A stretch of DNA of 64,000 nt from Patescibacteria group bacterium (lineage in GTDB: Bacteria; Patescibacteriota; Minisyncoccia; Minisyncoccales; JAHCRE01), in contig JAHCRF010000001.1 of the NCBI GenBank assembly GCA_020148055.1, positions 71,257 through 135,256 on the forward strand, given 5' to 3'. This document shows, one piece after another, positions 1 to 9,547 of the stretch (its first letter is position 1; each line of letters begins with the position of its first letter). The notes under the pieces were generated by a model. The model worked only from the letters and a program-made list of their open reading frames with translations, had not been told where the DNA came from and made no database searches. A program made the translations under genes and the position numbers.

Positions 1-1356
1 AGCGCAAGCGATCGGCCAATCTAGGGTTGCAAATGGCCAGAGAGCTGAGGAGAACCAGGTATCCAGAACATCTTTCATTCCTTTAAGCGGTATTTTATGG
101 CCCCACCAGATTTGACGAGAAACACACCAATCTCTTATATTTTTTAACCAGTTAAAATAAATTTTCTCGAAGCTTTTTGGAACAAATTTAATTTTCCTAG
201 TTTTTACCGCCAAAATTGCCAGCCTGGCTAAATCATTCATTTTTAGAAACCACTGCCAGGAAGGGATTAGTTCAATTGTAGTTTTACATCGATAGCATTG
301 AGGAACTTGATGGACATAATCTTCAATTTTTTCTAAAAAACCTTGGTTTTTTAAATCTTTAACAATCTTTTTTCTAGCTTCCGAAGAAGCCAATCCTCGA
401 TAAGGCAGAGGGACTTCTTTGGTCATTTCCCCATTCTTATCGATAACCTGGATAATTTTTAGATTGTGCAAAAGTCCAATTTCATAATCTGTCATATCAT
501 GGGCTGGGGTTATCTTTACTGCTCCTGTCCCAAATTTTAGATCAACTAATTTATCTTTAATGATGGAGATTTCTCGGCCAACCAAAGGTAAGATAACTTT
601 TTTACCAATTAAATTTTTATATCGTTTATCTTTGGGATTTACTGCCACCGCCATATCTCCAAGCATTGTCTCCGGCCTGGTCGTAGCGACAGTAATAAAT
701 TTTTGACTTTTGACTTTCGACTTTTGATTTTTGATCGGATATTTGATATACCATAATTTTCCCTCCTTTTCTTTATATTCCAGTTCTAAATCTGACAGAC
801 TGGTCTGGCATCTCGGGCACCAATTTATTACTTTTTTCCCTCGATAAATCCAACCTTTTTTATAATAATGTAAGAATGCTTTTTCTATTGCTTGGCAATA
901 TTTCTCATCCATGGTAAATCGAGTTCTTGACCAATCGCAGGAAGCCCCTAATTTCTTCAACTGATCTAAAATGACATTTCCATATTTTTTCTTCCATTGC
1001 CAAACTCTTTTTAAAAATTTTTCTCGCCCTAAATCAAAACGAGTTTTTTGTTCTTTTTTTAACTCTTTTTCTACTCTCGCCTGGGTGGCAATACCAGCAT
1101 GATCGATCCCCGGGAGCCAGAGGGTTCTAAAACCTTGAAGACGTTTCCAACGGATTAAGATATCCTGGACAAGGGTATTTAGAGCGTGACCCATATGAAG
1201 AGAACCAGTAATATTTGGCGGAGGAATCAAAATTGTGTAAGATTTTTTTCTTTCCCCCGGTAGATTATCAGGATTAAAAAAACCAGATCTCAGCCAGAGA
1301 TTATAGATTTGACCCTCTACTTTTTTTGGAGCATAGACTTTTGCTAACTTTTTCAT
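1..1356 (-). CDS. valS: Valyl-tRNA synthetase, 3' part runs off the window start
   Basis: Manual minus-strand translation from ATG 1356: MKKLAKVYAPKKVEG...IPPPNITGSLHMGHAL (HIGH-like motif), PGIDHAGIATQ, GASCDWSRTRFTMD, ATTRPETMLGD, DWCVSRQIWWGHKIP. Not in the ORF track because it is truncated. Confidence 0.96.
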   Translation of the reverse strand, partial: MKKLAKVYAPKKVEGQIYNLWLRSGFFNPDNLPGERKKSYTILIPPPNITGSLHMGHALNTLVQDILIRWKRLQGFRTLWLPGIDHAGIATQARVEKELKKEQKTRFDLGREKFLKRVWQWKKKYGNVILDQLKKLGASCDWSRTRFTMDEKYCQAIEKAFLHYYKKGWIYRGKKVINWCPRCQTSLSDLELEYKEKEGKLWYIKYPIKNQKSKVKSQKFITVATTRPETMLGDMAVAVNPKDKRYKNLIGKKVILPLVGREISIIKDKLVDLKFGTGAVKITPAHDMTDYEIGLLHNLKIIQVIDKNGEMTKEVPLPYRGLASSEARKKIVKDLKNQGFLEKIEDYVHQVPQCYRCKTTIELIPSWQWFLKMNDLARLAILAVKTRKIKFVPKSFEKIYFNWLKNIRDWCVSRQIWWGHKIPLKGMKDVLDTWFSSALWPFATLDWPIACA

Positions 1357-1425
1357 GCTCAATTATTATACCACGCAATAATCTCAAAACTTAAATATTC
1401 AATTTGAAGATAAAAATTTTTAAAT

Positions 1426-2694
1426 TTAACTTATTCTTAAATTCGCATCAGCTTCAATATCAGGGGCCCGCCAAAGGCGGGAAGGTGGTCGGGACGCGAG
1501 GCCTTCTCGTGAAACGGGAGGCCCCGTCCTTGGGCGGGTCGGAGTCCAGGCCTTAGTTTCTTTTCTGAGATAACGAAAATAAGCAGCTACTGCCACCATA
1601 ACGGCATTATCAGTACATAAAATTTTTGGTGGAACCAAAAATTTAATCGTTAATCGCTGGTTTTTAATTGCTAATTGAAATTGTTTTCTTAATTCATTAT
1701 TGGCAGCCACCCCTCCACCAAGGATAATCATTCCGGCTTTATATTTTCTTGCTGCCTGGATGGTTTTATGAATTAAAACGTCAACTATTGCCTGTTGGAC
1801 CTCGGTAGACATTTCCTGGATAAATTTTTGCTTTTTGCGTTCTGTTTTCTGTTTTTTGATTTTATATAAGACCGCGGTTTTCAGACCAGAAAAACTGAAA
1901 TCAAAATTTTTTTGGTGAATCATTGGCCTCGGTAATTGAATATTGAATATTGAATATTGAATATTGGATTTTAATTGAGCGGCAAGCCGTTCAATGGCCG
2001 GTCCTCCTGGGTAATCCATTCCTAAAATTCTGGCTACTTTGTCAAAACATTCACCAGCAGCATCATCTCGAGTTTCACCAAGGATTTTGTATTCTCCGTA
2101 ATTTTTCATTAAAATTAACTGGGTATGACCGCCGCTTACCACTAAACAAACTGCCGGAAACGAAAACTTTAAACTTGAACCAACCAAGTTGGCGAAAATG
2201 TGAGCTTCGATATGGTTTACTGGGATTATTGGTAGTTCCCAAGAAAAAGCTAAAGCTTTGGCAAAATTTACCCCTACCCACAAGCAAGGTTCTAACCCTG
2301 GCCCCATAGTCACGGCAATTAGATCAATTTTTGGTTTCCTGTAATTTCTTAAGAATTCTTTTAACTCCTTTAAAAGATATTCTTCTCGTTTGAATATTTC
2401 TTCTAATACTGGATACTTGATACTTAATAGTTGATGCTTATCATTTTTTTTAAGCGATTTTGCTTTTTTTAACGCCCTTTTTAAAACAGGAATCAAATTT
2501 CGTTGGTGCTCTCTTTTAGCTAAGGTTGGATAGACTCCTCCATATTTTCTGTGAATTTTTATCTGAGAAGAGATAATATCAGACAGAATATTAATTTTCA
2601 TCCGTCTAAATCCGCGTTGTAATCTACCTTTATCTACTTCTACAATCGCTATACAGGTATCGTCACATGATGTTTCGACAGCAAGAATAATCAT
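1426..2694 (-). CDS. tsaD: tRNA threonylcarbamoyltransferase TsaD with several short in-frame inserts
   Basis: ILAVETSCDDT, HIEAH, VSGGHT, ETRDDAAGECFDK, FSFSGLKTA and CTDNAVM motifs. Confidence 0.95.
   Translation of the reverse strand: MIILAVETSCDDTCIAIVEVDKGRLQRGFRRMKINILSDIISSQIKIHRKYGGVYPTLAKREHQRNLIPVLKRALKKAKSLKKNDKHQLLSIKYPVLEEIFKREEYLLKELKEFLRNYRKPKIDLIAVTMGPGLEPCLWVGVNFAKALAFSWELPIIPVNHIEAHIFANLVGSSLKFSFPAVCLVVSGGHTQLILMKNYGEYKILGETRDDAAGECFDKVARILGMDYPGGPAIERLAAQLKSNIQYSIFNIQLPRPMIHQKNFDFSFSGLKTAVLYKIKKQKTERKKQKFIQEMSTEVQQAIVDVLIHKTIQAARKYKAGMIILGGGVAANNELRKQFQLAIKNQRLTIKFLVPPKILCTDNAVMVAVAAYFRYLRKETKAWTPTRPRTGPPVSREGLASRPPSRLWRAPDIEADANLRIS
1462..1548. repeat. GC-rich structured insert, family A copy 1, antisense within tsaD
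   Basis: Aligns by eye to 28031-28116 with 10 substitutions and 1 gap over 87 nt; nested hairpins. Confidence 0.9.
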
Positions 2695-2833
2695 AGAACT
2701 ATGAATTAAGAATAATGAATCATGAATAATAAAGAAAATAAGTTTCTCGCATAATTCATAATTCCTAATTCCTGATTCATTTTAACGTTTGTCTTGCCTT
2801 TTTTCAATTTTTTAATTAAAATGATGATAGTTT

Positions 2834-2905
2834 GGCCTCGTCGTCTAGTGGTTAGGACAAGGGGCTTTCAATCCCTAAACACGGGTTCGATTCCCGTCGA
2901 GGCCA
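2834..2905 (+). tRNA. tRNA-Glu(TTC)
   Basis: Acceptor GGCCTCG/CGAGGCC, anticodon arm AGGGG-CT-TTC-AA-TCCCT, GGTTCGATTCC T-arm; CCA not encoded. Confidence 0.93.
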
Positions 2906-2913
2906 CTATTTTT

Positions 2914-4488
2914 ATGAAGGATTATTATCTTAAAGTTAACAAGGCTTCTGATCTTAAAGATAAACAAGAAAGAATAATTTTTCGTATTTTAGAGATTTTG
3001 CCTGGTTTTTTAAGCTGGGCAATTTTACTTTTAGTTATCATTTTATCTTGGCAAAAGCCGATTTTGGTAGCTGTCTTTATCATCTTTTTTGTAATTTTTT
3101 GGTTATTTAGAACAATCTACTTTTCATTTCATCTCCGGGCTGGCTATCAAAAAATGAAAGAACACGAAAATATTGATTGGCTAGCAAAGCTTAATCAACT
3201 GAGAGATAGAAACTGGAAAGATATCTATCATTTAATAGTCTTACCAATGTATAAAGAGCCTTTAGGAATTATTAAGGAAACCTTTAAAGCCTTAGAAAAT
3301 ACTGATTATCCTAAAGATAAAATGATTGTAGTTTTAGCTTGTGAGGAAAGAGCTGGAGAGGAAGCAAAAGAAACTGCCAGGATTATTGAAAAAGAATTTG
3401 CCAATAAATTTTTCAAATTTTTAATCACTTTTCATCCTCCAGATTTACCCGGAGAGATTGCTGCTAAAAGCTCAAATGAGACCTTTGGGGTAAAAAAAGC
3501 CAAGGAATTGATTATTGATCCATTTAAAATTCCTTATCAAAATATAATTTTTTCTTCTTTAGATGCCGATACTAAAATTTTTCCAAGATATTTTAGTTGT
3601 CTTACTTATCATTATTTAACCTCAAAAAACCCAACTAGAACTAGTTTTCAACCCATCCCTCTTTTTATTAATAATATCTGGCAGGCCCCTGGTATTTCTC
3701 GAGTTTTTTCCTTTTCCTCAACCTTTTGGCATACTATTAATCAGCAAAGGCCAGAAAAATTGATTACTTTCTCTTCCCATTCAATGAGTTTTTTAGCCTT
3801 AGTTGATACTGGATTCAAACAGACCAATGTAGTTTCTGATGACTCCAGAATTTTTTGGCAATGTTTTTTAAAATACAACGGAGACTATAAGGTTCAGCCT
3901 ATTTTTTATCCGGTTTCAATGGATGCTAATGTTTCTCGGAGTTTCTTTAGAACCTTAATCAATATCTACAAACAACAAAGAAGGTGGGCTTATGGAGTAG
4001 GGGATATCCCTTATTTTCTTTTTGGTTTTTTTAAAAATAAAAAAATCCCAATCTCAAAAAAATTTTCTTTAGGATTTGAGTTAATTGAAGGACACTTGTC
4101 TTGGGCTACTGCCTCGTTTTTAATTTTTCTATTAGGCTGGGTACCTTTAGTTTTAGGAGGAGAGGAGTTTAACCAGACCCTAATTTCTTATAATTTACCC
4201 TTGATAACCAGAAATATTTTAACTTTAGCAATGGTAGGCCTAACCGGATCTATCTATTTTAGTCTTAATTTACTCCCTCCTAAACCCCCTGAATATGGTC
4301 GGCTTAAATATTTATTTTTTGCTTTTCAATGGTTTTTAATTCCCTTAACAATGATATTTTTTGTTTCCCTACCAGCTTTAGATGCTCAGACGAGATTGAT
4401 GTTAGGGAAATATATGGGTTTTTGGCCGACTGAGAAAATTCGAAGGAATCTTACAAATTACGAATTTCCTCGAATTACGAATTCGTAA
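2914..4488 (+). CDS. Membrane GT2 glycosyltransferase, processive type
   Basis: SLDAD, VVSDD and QQRRW motifs with N- and C-terminal TM segments; start moved to ATG 2914 because the longer ORF overlaps the tRNA. Confidence 0.8.
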   Translation: MKDYYLKVNKASDLKDKQERIIFRILEILPGFLSWAILLLVIILSWQKPILVAVFIIFFVIFWLFRTIYFSFHLRAGYQKMKEHENIDWLAKLNQLRDRNWKDIYHLIVLPMYKEPLGIIKETFKALENTDYPKDKMIVVLACEERAGEEAKETARIIEKEFANKFFKFLITFHPPDLPGEIAAKSSNETFGVKKAKELIIDPFKIPYQNIIFSSLDADTKIFPRYFSCLTYHYLTSKNPTRTSFQPIPLFINNIWQAPGISRVFSFSSTFWHTINQQRPEKLITFSSHSMSFLALVDTGFKQTNVVSDDSRIFWQCFLKYNGDYKVQPIFYPVSMDANVSRSFFRTLINIYKQQRRWAYGVGDIPYFLFGFFKNKKIPISKKFSLGFELIEGHLSWATASFLIFLLGWVPLVLGGEEFNQTLISYNLPLITRNILTLAMVGLTGSIYFSLNLLPPKPPEYGRLKYLFFAFQWFLIPLTMIFFVSLPALDAQTRLMLGKYMGFWPTEKIRRNLTNYEFPRITNS

Positions 4489-4515
4489 TTAGTTTAGATT
4501 CGTAATTCGTAGAGG

Positions 4516-6711
4516 TTATTCTAAATGGATTCTTTCTCGAAACTTCTCTACTCTTCCCCTTAATAAGGGATATTTTTTTAATTCAGGGTCCTCTTCTAAA
4601 ATTTCTTTAGCCGCCTTTCTAGTTTTCTCAACTAAGAATATATCTTTCAAAGCTGACATTGCTAAATCAGGAATTCCCCATTGTCTTTGACCAAAAAAAT
4701 CACCAGGGCCTCGAATTCCCAAATCTTTTTCAGCTAACTCAAAACCATTTTCAGAAGAAATCAAAGCTTTCAATCGTTGATGAGTTTTCTTAGCTGGAGA
4801 GTCAGTGAATAAAAAGCAAAAAGATTGATATTTTGATCTTCCTACTCTTCCCCGAAATTGATGGAGCTGCGCTAGCCCAAATCTTTCTGCTCCCTCAATC
4901 ATCATTACCGTGGCATTAGGAACATCGATCCCCACTTCAATTACTGAGGTTGAGACTAAAATGTCAATCTTTTTACCCCTTCCGGTTTGTGCAGAAAAAT
5001 GTTTCATTATCTTCTCTTTTTCTTTTGTAGTCATTTTCCCGTGTAACATTCCAACTTTTAAATCAGGGAAAACAATTTTTGATAGTTTTTGATATTCTTC
5101 TTTTACTGCCCTTACCTCAGCCCAGCTTGAAATTTCTTTTTCTATTTTTTCCTTATCACTAGGTTCAATCCTTGGGCAAATAACAAAAACCTGTCTTCCT
5201 TTTTTAACAACAGAGCGTATAAAATTATAAGCAGCCTTACGATTTCCCGGGGCAATCACCTTAGTGACGATTTTTTTCCTTCCCTTCGGCAATTCATTAA
5301 TTAAAGAAAGATCAAGATCACCGTAAATAGTAAGAGCCAAAGTCCTTGGAATTGGGGTAGCGGTCATTGATAATAAATGGGGAATTATTCTTGTTGCTTG
5401 CCCGCCTGCCGGCGAGGCTGGTTGCTGGTTGCTAGTTGCTAACTTTGCCCTTTGTTCCACTCCAAACCGATGCTGCTCATCCAGGATAACCAGAGCCAAT
5501 TTTCCAAAGCGCACTTTTTCTTGAATTAAGGCGTGAGTACCAATTAAAAGATCAATCTCTTCTTTTTTTAATTTTTCTAAAAGTTTTTCTCGAGAAATTT
5601 TGATAACTTTATTTTTTCTGTCGCCGAAAGCGACTCCCCGGAGGGTTGCTCTTTTAGAAAAAATTCTATTTTCTTTCCCGGTTAAAAGACCAATATTTAA
5701 ATTAAATTTTTTTAAAAGTTTTGAAATCTCCTGAAAATGTTGCTTAGCTAGGATTTCAGTTGGAGCCATAAAAGCCACTTGGAAACCTTGTTTTATTACA
5801 TTTAAAGCAGCTAATACAGCCACCACTGTTTTCCCTGAACCAACATCGCCTTCTAAAAGTCTGTTCATCGGTCTTGGTTTTTCGAGGTCTTTTAGAATCT
5901 GCCAGGCTGATTTTTTTTGGGCATTAGTTAATTTGAAAGGTAAGCTTTTAACAAAATTCTTAATTAACTGGGGATGAAAAGGGATTGGAATTGCTCTTTC
6001 TTTTGAGATTTTTAATTTCTCTCTTAAAACAAAAAGAGAAATAAAAAAAAGCTCCTCAAAAGAAAATCTTTTCTGAGCCTTTTTGGCTAAGGTTAAGGAA
6101 TCTGGGAAATGAATCTGCCAGATAGCTCTTTGGATTGGCAAAATTCGAGAATCTCTAATTACTTTTCCTGGTAGGGGTTCGCGAATTTTCTTTTTAAACT
6201 CAACCAAAAGGGGTCTTAGAATAAATCTTAACCATCTTGAAGACAATCCTTCAGTTTCGGGATAAACAGGGACAATTCTTCCGGTATGAATTAGACTTGT
6301 AGTTTGACTGATTTTCTCATGAGCTGGATTTGATAGATAAAGTCCTTTGTCTCCGAGAGTTATTTTTCCAGCTAAACATAAATTATCTCCTGATTTTAAA
6401 ACTTTTATTAAATAAGGTTGGTTAAACCAGATTACCTTTATTGCTCCTGATTTGTCTTTGACTATTGCCTGGGTTAAAATCATTCTTTTTTTCCAGGTTC
6501 TGATGTTTTCAATTTCTAGAATTTTTACCTTAATACAACAGGTTTCATTAAGTTTTACTTGAGATATCGGAATTATATTTGAAAAATCCTCATAGCGATG
6601 AGGAAAATGATAGAGAAGATCCCTGATTGTCTTTATTCCCAATTTCTTCAACCTCTTTTGGTAGCTGAGACCTACTCGAGGCAGACTCTCAATTGGAGTA
6701 GAAAGATTCAT
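4516..6711 (-). CDS. recG: ATP-dependent DNA helicase RecG
   Basis: GDVGSGKT, MAPTEILA, DEQH, MTATPIPRTL and QLHQFRGRVGR motifs; start moved to ATG 6711, downstream of the tRNA. Confidence 0.96.
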   Translation of the reverse strand: MNLSTPIESLPRVGLSYQKRLKKLGIKTIRDLLYHFPHRYEDFSNIIPISQVKLNETCCIKVKILEIENIRTWKKRMILTQAIVKDKSGAIKVIWFNQPYLIKVLKSGDNLCLAGKITLGDKGLYLSNPAHEKISQTTSLIHTGRIVPVYPETEGLSSRWLRFILRPLLVEFKKKIREPLPGKVIRDSRILPIQRAIWQIHFPDSLTLAKKAQKRFSFEELFFISLFVLREKLKISKERAIPIPFHPQLIKNFVKSLPFKLTNAQKKSAWQILKDLEKPRPMNRLLEGDVGSGKTVVAVLAALNVIKQGFQVAFMAPTEILAKQHFQEISKLLKKFNLNIGLLTGKENRIFSKRATLRGVAFGDRKNKVIKISREKLLEKLKKEEIDLLIGTHALIQEKVRFGKLALVILDEQHRFGVEQRAKLATSNQQPASPAGGQATRIIPHLLSMTATPIPRTLALTIYGDLDLSLINELPKGRKKIVTKVIAPGNRKAAYNFIRSVVKKGRQVFVICPRIEPSDKEKIEKEISSWAEVRAVKEEYQKLSKIVFPDLKVGMLHGKMTTKEKEKIMKHFSAQTGRGKKIDILVSTSVIEVGIDVPNATVMMIEGAERFGLAQLHQFRGRVGRSKYQSFCFLFTDSPAKKTHQRLKALISSENGFELAEKDLGIRGPGDFFGQRQWGIPDLAMSALKDIFLVEKTRKAAKEILEEDPELKKYPLLRGRVEKFRERIHLE
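5393..5440 (-). repeat. In-frame insert, family C: (AGCAACN)3 + GC core + AGCAAC, in recG
   Basis: 44/48 identical to 50749-50796 in uvrA; encodes ATSNQQPASPAGGQAT. Confidence 0.88.
5620..5645. repeat. In-frame hairpin insert, family D (GTCGCCGAAAGCGACTCC), in recG
   Basis: Core shared with 48138-48157 in uvrC. Confidence 0.7.
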
Positions 6712-6722
6712 AAGAATTGTGA

Positions 6723-6794
6723 TGCCCTCGAGAGGAGTCGAACCTCTATTTGAAGCTCCGCAAGCTCCTGTTTTATCCATTAAACTACGAGGGC
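6723..6794 (-). tRNA. tRNA-Arg(GCG)
   Basis: Reverse strand GCCCTCG...GGAGC-TT-GCG-GA-GCTTC...GGTTCGACTCC...CGAGGGCA. Confidence 0.92.
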
Positions 6795-6870
6795 AAGCTT
6801 TTTAAATTTAACATAAATTTTTCTTTACTTCAAGTTGACTTAATTAATTTTATCCATTAAAATTAAAAGA

Positions 6871-6958
6871 GGAGGAGTACTCAAATGGTTACGAGAACAG
6901 TTTGCTAAACTGTAACCGTCTAAACAGCGGTTTGTGGGTTCGAGTCCCACCTCCTCCG
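6871..6958 (+). tRNA. tRNA-Ser(GCT)
   Basis: Acceptor GGAGGAG/CTCCTCC, ACAGT-TT-GCT-AA-ACTGT, long variable arm, G discriminator. Confidence 0.93.
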
Positions 6959-6963
6959 CCTGA

Positions 6964-7051
6964 GGTGGGCTGTGCCGAATTTGGTCAAGGCACCAGTCTT
7001 GAAAACTGGGGTCCCGAAAGGGACGTGCAGGTTCGAGTCCTGCGCCCACCG
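6964..7051 (+). tRNA. tRNA-Ser(TGA)
   Basis: Acceptor GGTGGGC/GCCCACC, CCAGT-CT-TGA-AA-ACTGG, long variable arm. Confidence 0.93.
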
Positions 7052-7060
7052 CAATTTTTT

Positions 7061-7084
7061 AAAAACCGGCGAAGCCGGTTTTTT
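7061..7084. terminator. Bidirectional intrinsic terminator between the tRNA-Ser pair and comF
   Basis: AAAAACCGGC-GAA-GCCGGTTTTTT. Confidence 0.75.
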
Positions 7085-7119
7085 ATTCCTAATTCTGGAT
7101 TCATAATTCTTAATTTTAA

Positions 7120-7824
7120 TTATTCTCTTGCTACTACTACCCCCTGGATTTCTTTAGCTCCTGATTTTTTTAAAACTCGAGCAGCCTCTTCCATAGTCGC
7201 CCCACTTGTATAAATATCATCAACTAATAAAATTCTCTTCTCAAAAATCTTATTTTGGTTCTGGCAAGAAAATGTTTCTTTAACATTTTCTTTTCTTTCC
7301 CTTTCTGAAAGTTTGACCTGAGGTAAAGTTTCTTTTATTTTTATCAAGCAATTTAAAACTAAAGGAATCTCTAAAATTTTTGAAAGTTCTTTACTAATCT
7401 CAGTTGTCTGGTTAAATCCTCGCCATCTTAACCTCTTTTCATTTAGAGGAATAGGGATTAAAATAAAGTTGGAGAAATTTGGTTTGTTGTTAAGTAATTG
7501 AAAATGAGTTATTATTAAAGAAGCTAAAGGTTTTGCCAGCTCTTTTATAAAAGGATTATATTTAAATTTCTGGATTAATTCTTTTATCAATGGATTTTGG
7601 TAGGAGAGAGCAAAATAGAGAGTACTGAGAATTTTTGGTTGACATTCAGGACACTTCTCTCCTTCTAGTAATCTTTTTGGCTTCTTGCAAAGGCAATATT
7701 GATATTGAGAAATTTCCAGGATAGATTGACAATCTTCACAAAGATAGCTTCCCCCCCGGCCGCAACTAAAACAAGATCTAGGGAAAAGGATATCTAATAA
7801 AAATTTTTTAATTTTTTCCATCAT
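7120..7824 (-). CDS. comF: ComF family competence protein (zinc ribbons + phosphoribosyltransferase domain)
   Basis: CxxC pairs, RGFNQ, LLVDDIYTSGAT; ATG 7824 chosen as start. Confidence 0.9.
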   Translation of the reverse strand: MMEKIKKFLLDILFPRSCFSCGRGGSYLCEDCQSILEISQYQYCLCKKPKRLLEGEKCPECQPKILSTLYFALSYQNPLIKELIQKFKYNPFIKELAKPLASLIITHFQLLNNKPNFSNFILIPIPLNEKRLRWRGFNQTTEISKELSKILEIPLVLNCLIKIKETLPQVKLSERERKENVKETFSCQNQNKIFEKRILLVDDIYTSGATMEEAARVLKKSGAKEIQGVVVARE

Positions 7825-7899
7825 ATTTACAGTTCTTTCCAAATTGAGTTATAATTAACTTAGAGATTGTTTTTTAGTCTAAAGGTGTTATTATAAAAG

Positions 7900-9015
7900 A
7901 TGGTCCGATTTCCTTTTAAAATAGGTCTTAAGAGTTGCCTAGGGATAGATATTGGGACTTCCGGGATAAAAATTGTTCAATTATCACTCCAAAGAGAAAG
8001 AATAAAATTAGAAAAATATGGTGAGGCAACTGCTCGAATTTTTTATGAGAAACCTTTCAGAACTTTTGAGAAAAGTACCCTTTTACTATCTAATCAAGAT
8101 ATCGCTCGGGCAATTTTAGCTATTTGTAAAGAGGCAAAAATTTCTGAAAGGAAAGCCATTTTTGCAATCCCTGATTTTTCAAGTTTTTTTACCAGTTTTA
8201 ATCTACCGGCAATGACCAGAGAAGAGGTTTCTCAGGCAGTCAGATTTGAAGCTCGTCATCATATTCCCTTACCCTTAGCTGAAGTGAGTTTAGATTGGTC
8301 AATAATTGAAGGAGAATTAAGTGATCGAAAAAAAGTTCCTCTAAAGATCCTATTGGCGGCTGTACCTAACAATGTTATTAATCAATATCGCCAAATAGTT
8401 GTTTTGTCAAATCTTGAACTTAAGGCTTTAGAAGCTGAAGTATTTGGGCTATTAAGATCTTTGATTGGAGATGATAAGAGAGTGATTATCTTGTTAGATA
8501 TTGGAGCTCAAAGCACAAGCTGCAATATTATTGATCAGGGAATTTTAAAAGTCAGTCATAGTTTTGATGTAGCTGGAAATGAATTAACTCAAGTTTTAGC
8601 CAAGGCATTAAATGTTGATTATTTAACAGCGGAAAATTTAAAAAAAATTCATGGCCTAAAATTTTTGGTTTCCGGTGTACCTCCTATTGAAAAGAATCAA
8701 GAGATTCCCTTAATGACCAAGAAGGTTGGAGAGATTTTAAGACCTTTAATTGACCTAATTTTAACTGAAACAAAAAAGACTTCCCGAAGTTTTTATCAAA
8801 CTAAAGGGAAAAAAGTTCAAAAAGTGATTATTGCCGGCGGTTCGGCCTTACTCCCTGGTCTTAAAGAATATTTTTTCAAATCCCTTAAACAAGAAGTAGA
8901 GATTGCCAATCCTTTTTCTGACATTTTATATTCTCCAATTCTTGAAGAGACTTTGAAAAAAATGGGACCCTCTTATGCCATAGCCGTAGGTATGGCCCTG
9001 AGGGGACTCGAATAA
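7900..9015 (+). CDS. pilM: Type IV pilus assembly protein PilM
   Basis: LGIDIGTSGIK, LDIGA and AGGSALLPGL actin-like motifs, C-terminal AVGMALRG; first gene of the pil cluster. Confidence 0.9.
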   Translation: MVRFPFKIGLKSCLGIDIGTSGIKIVQLSLQRERIKLEKYGEATARIFYEKPFRTFEKSTLLLSNQDIARAILAICKEAKISERKAIFAIPDFSSFFTSFNLPAMTREEVSQAVRFEARHHIPLPLAEVSLDWSIIEGELSDRKKVPLKILLAAVPNNVINQYRQIVVLSNLELKALEAEVFGLLRSLIGDDKRVIILLDIGAQSTSCNIIDQGILKVSHSFDVAGNELTQVLAKALNVDYLTAENLKKIHGLKFLVSGVPPIEKNQEIPLMTKKVGEILRPLIDLILTETKKTSRSFYQTKGKKVQKVIIAGGSALLPGLKEYFFKSLKQEVEIANPFSDILYSPILEETLKKMGPSYAIAVGMALRGLE

Positions 9016-9016
9016 A

Positions 9017-9544
9017 ATGGCAATAGAAATTATTCCAAAAAAAGTAGTTGGACCTTCCCCTTGGCAAAATACCTTGCTTTATTTTTTCATTTCTTTACTT
9101 TTGGTTTCCATTTTGGGTTACTTTGCCTTAGATTATTTTGTCAAAGAAGCTGATCGGACTCTTCTGGAGTTGAAAGAGGAGTTAATTGAAGCAAGATCTC
9201 CTCAACAAGTTGCCTTGGAAAAAGAAATTTCGGATTATCGAGAAAAAATCGAAGATTTCTCTTCTTTACTTGCTAGCCACCAAAAGAGTTCAAATTTTTT
9301 TGATTTCCTTGAGGAAATTACCCATCCTAAGGTTTTCTTTTCTGAGCTAAATTTGGATACTAAAGGAAATCGAGTTAGACTTTATGGTCAGGCTGATAGT
9401 TTTCAGACCCTGGGCCAACAATTGCTGATTTTTCAAAACTCTGAATTTATTCGGAATTTAAGTTTACCAGAAATTAGAATTAGAGAAGAGGGAAAAATCG
9501 GATTCATTTTTGATTTTTCTCTTAATCAAGAATTGTTTCAATAA
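9017..9544 (+). CDS. PilN-like alignment protein
   Basis: Single N-terminal TM followed by a coiled coil; lies between pilM and the pilO-like gene. Confidence 0.65.
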   Translation: MAIEIIPKKVVGPSPWQNTLLYFFISLLLVSILGYFALDYFVKEADRTLLELKEELIEARSPQQVALEKEISDYREKIEDFSSLLASHQKSSNFFDFLEEITHPKVFFSELNLDTKGNRVRLYGQADSFQTLGQQLLIFQNSEFIRNLSLPEIRIREEGKIGFIFDFSLNQELFQ

Positions 9545-9547
9545 ATT

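Noticed and set aside
2695..2780. CRISPR array
   Set aside because: The repeats are degenerate 7-mers without unique spacers, and there are no cas genes in the window
2794..2913. N-terminal extensions of the ORF-track calls for the GT2 (2794), recG (6780) and NUDIX (56379), and ORFs 6840-7049 and 6902-7213
   Set aside because: They are translations of tRNA genes; downstream ATGs give sensible starts
6964..7051. Selenocysteine or suppressor tRNA
   Set aside because: Anticodon TGA reads UCA (Ser); tRNA-Sec would have TCA and a longer acceptor stem
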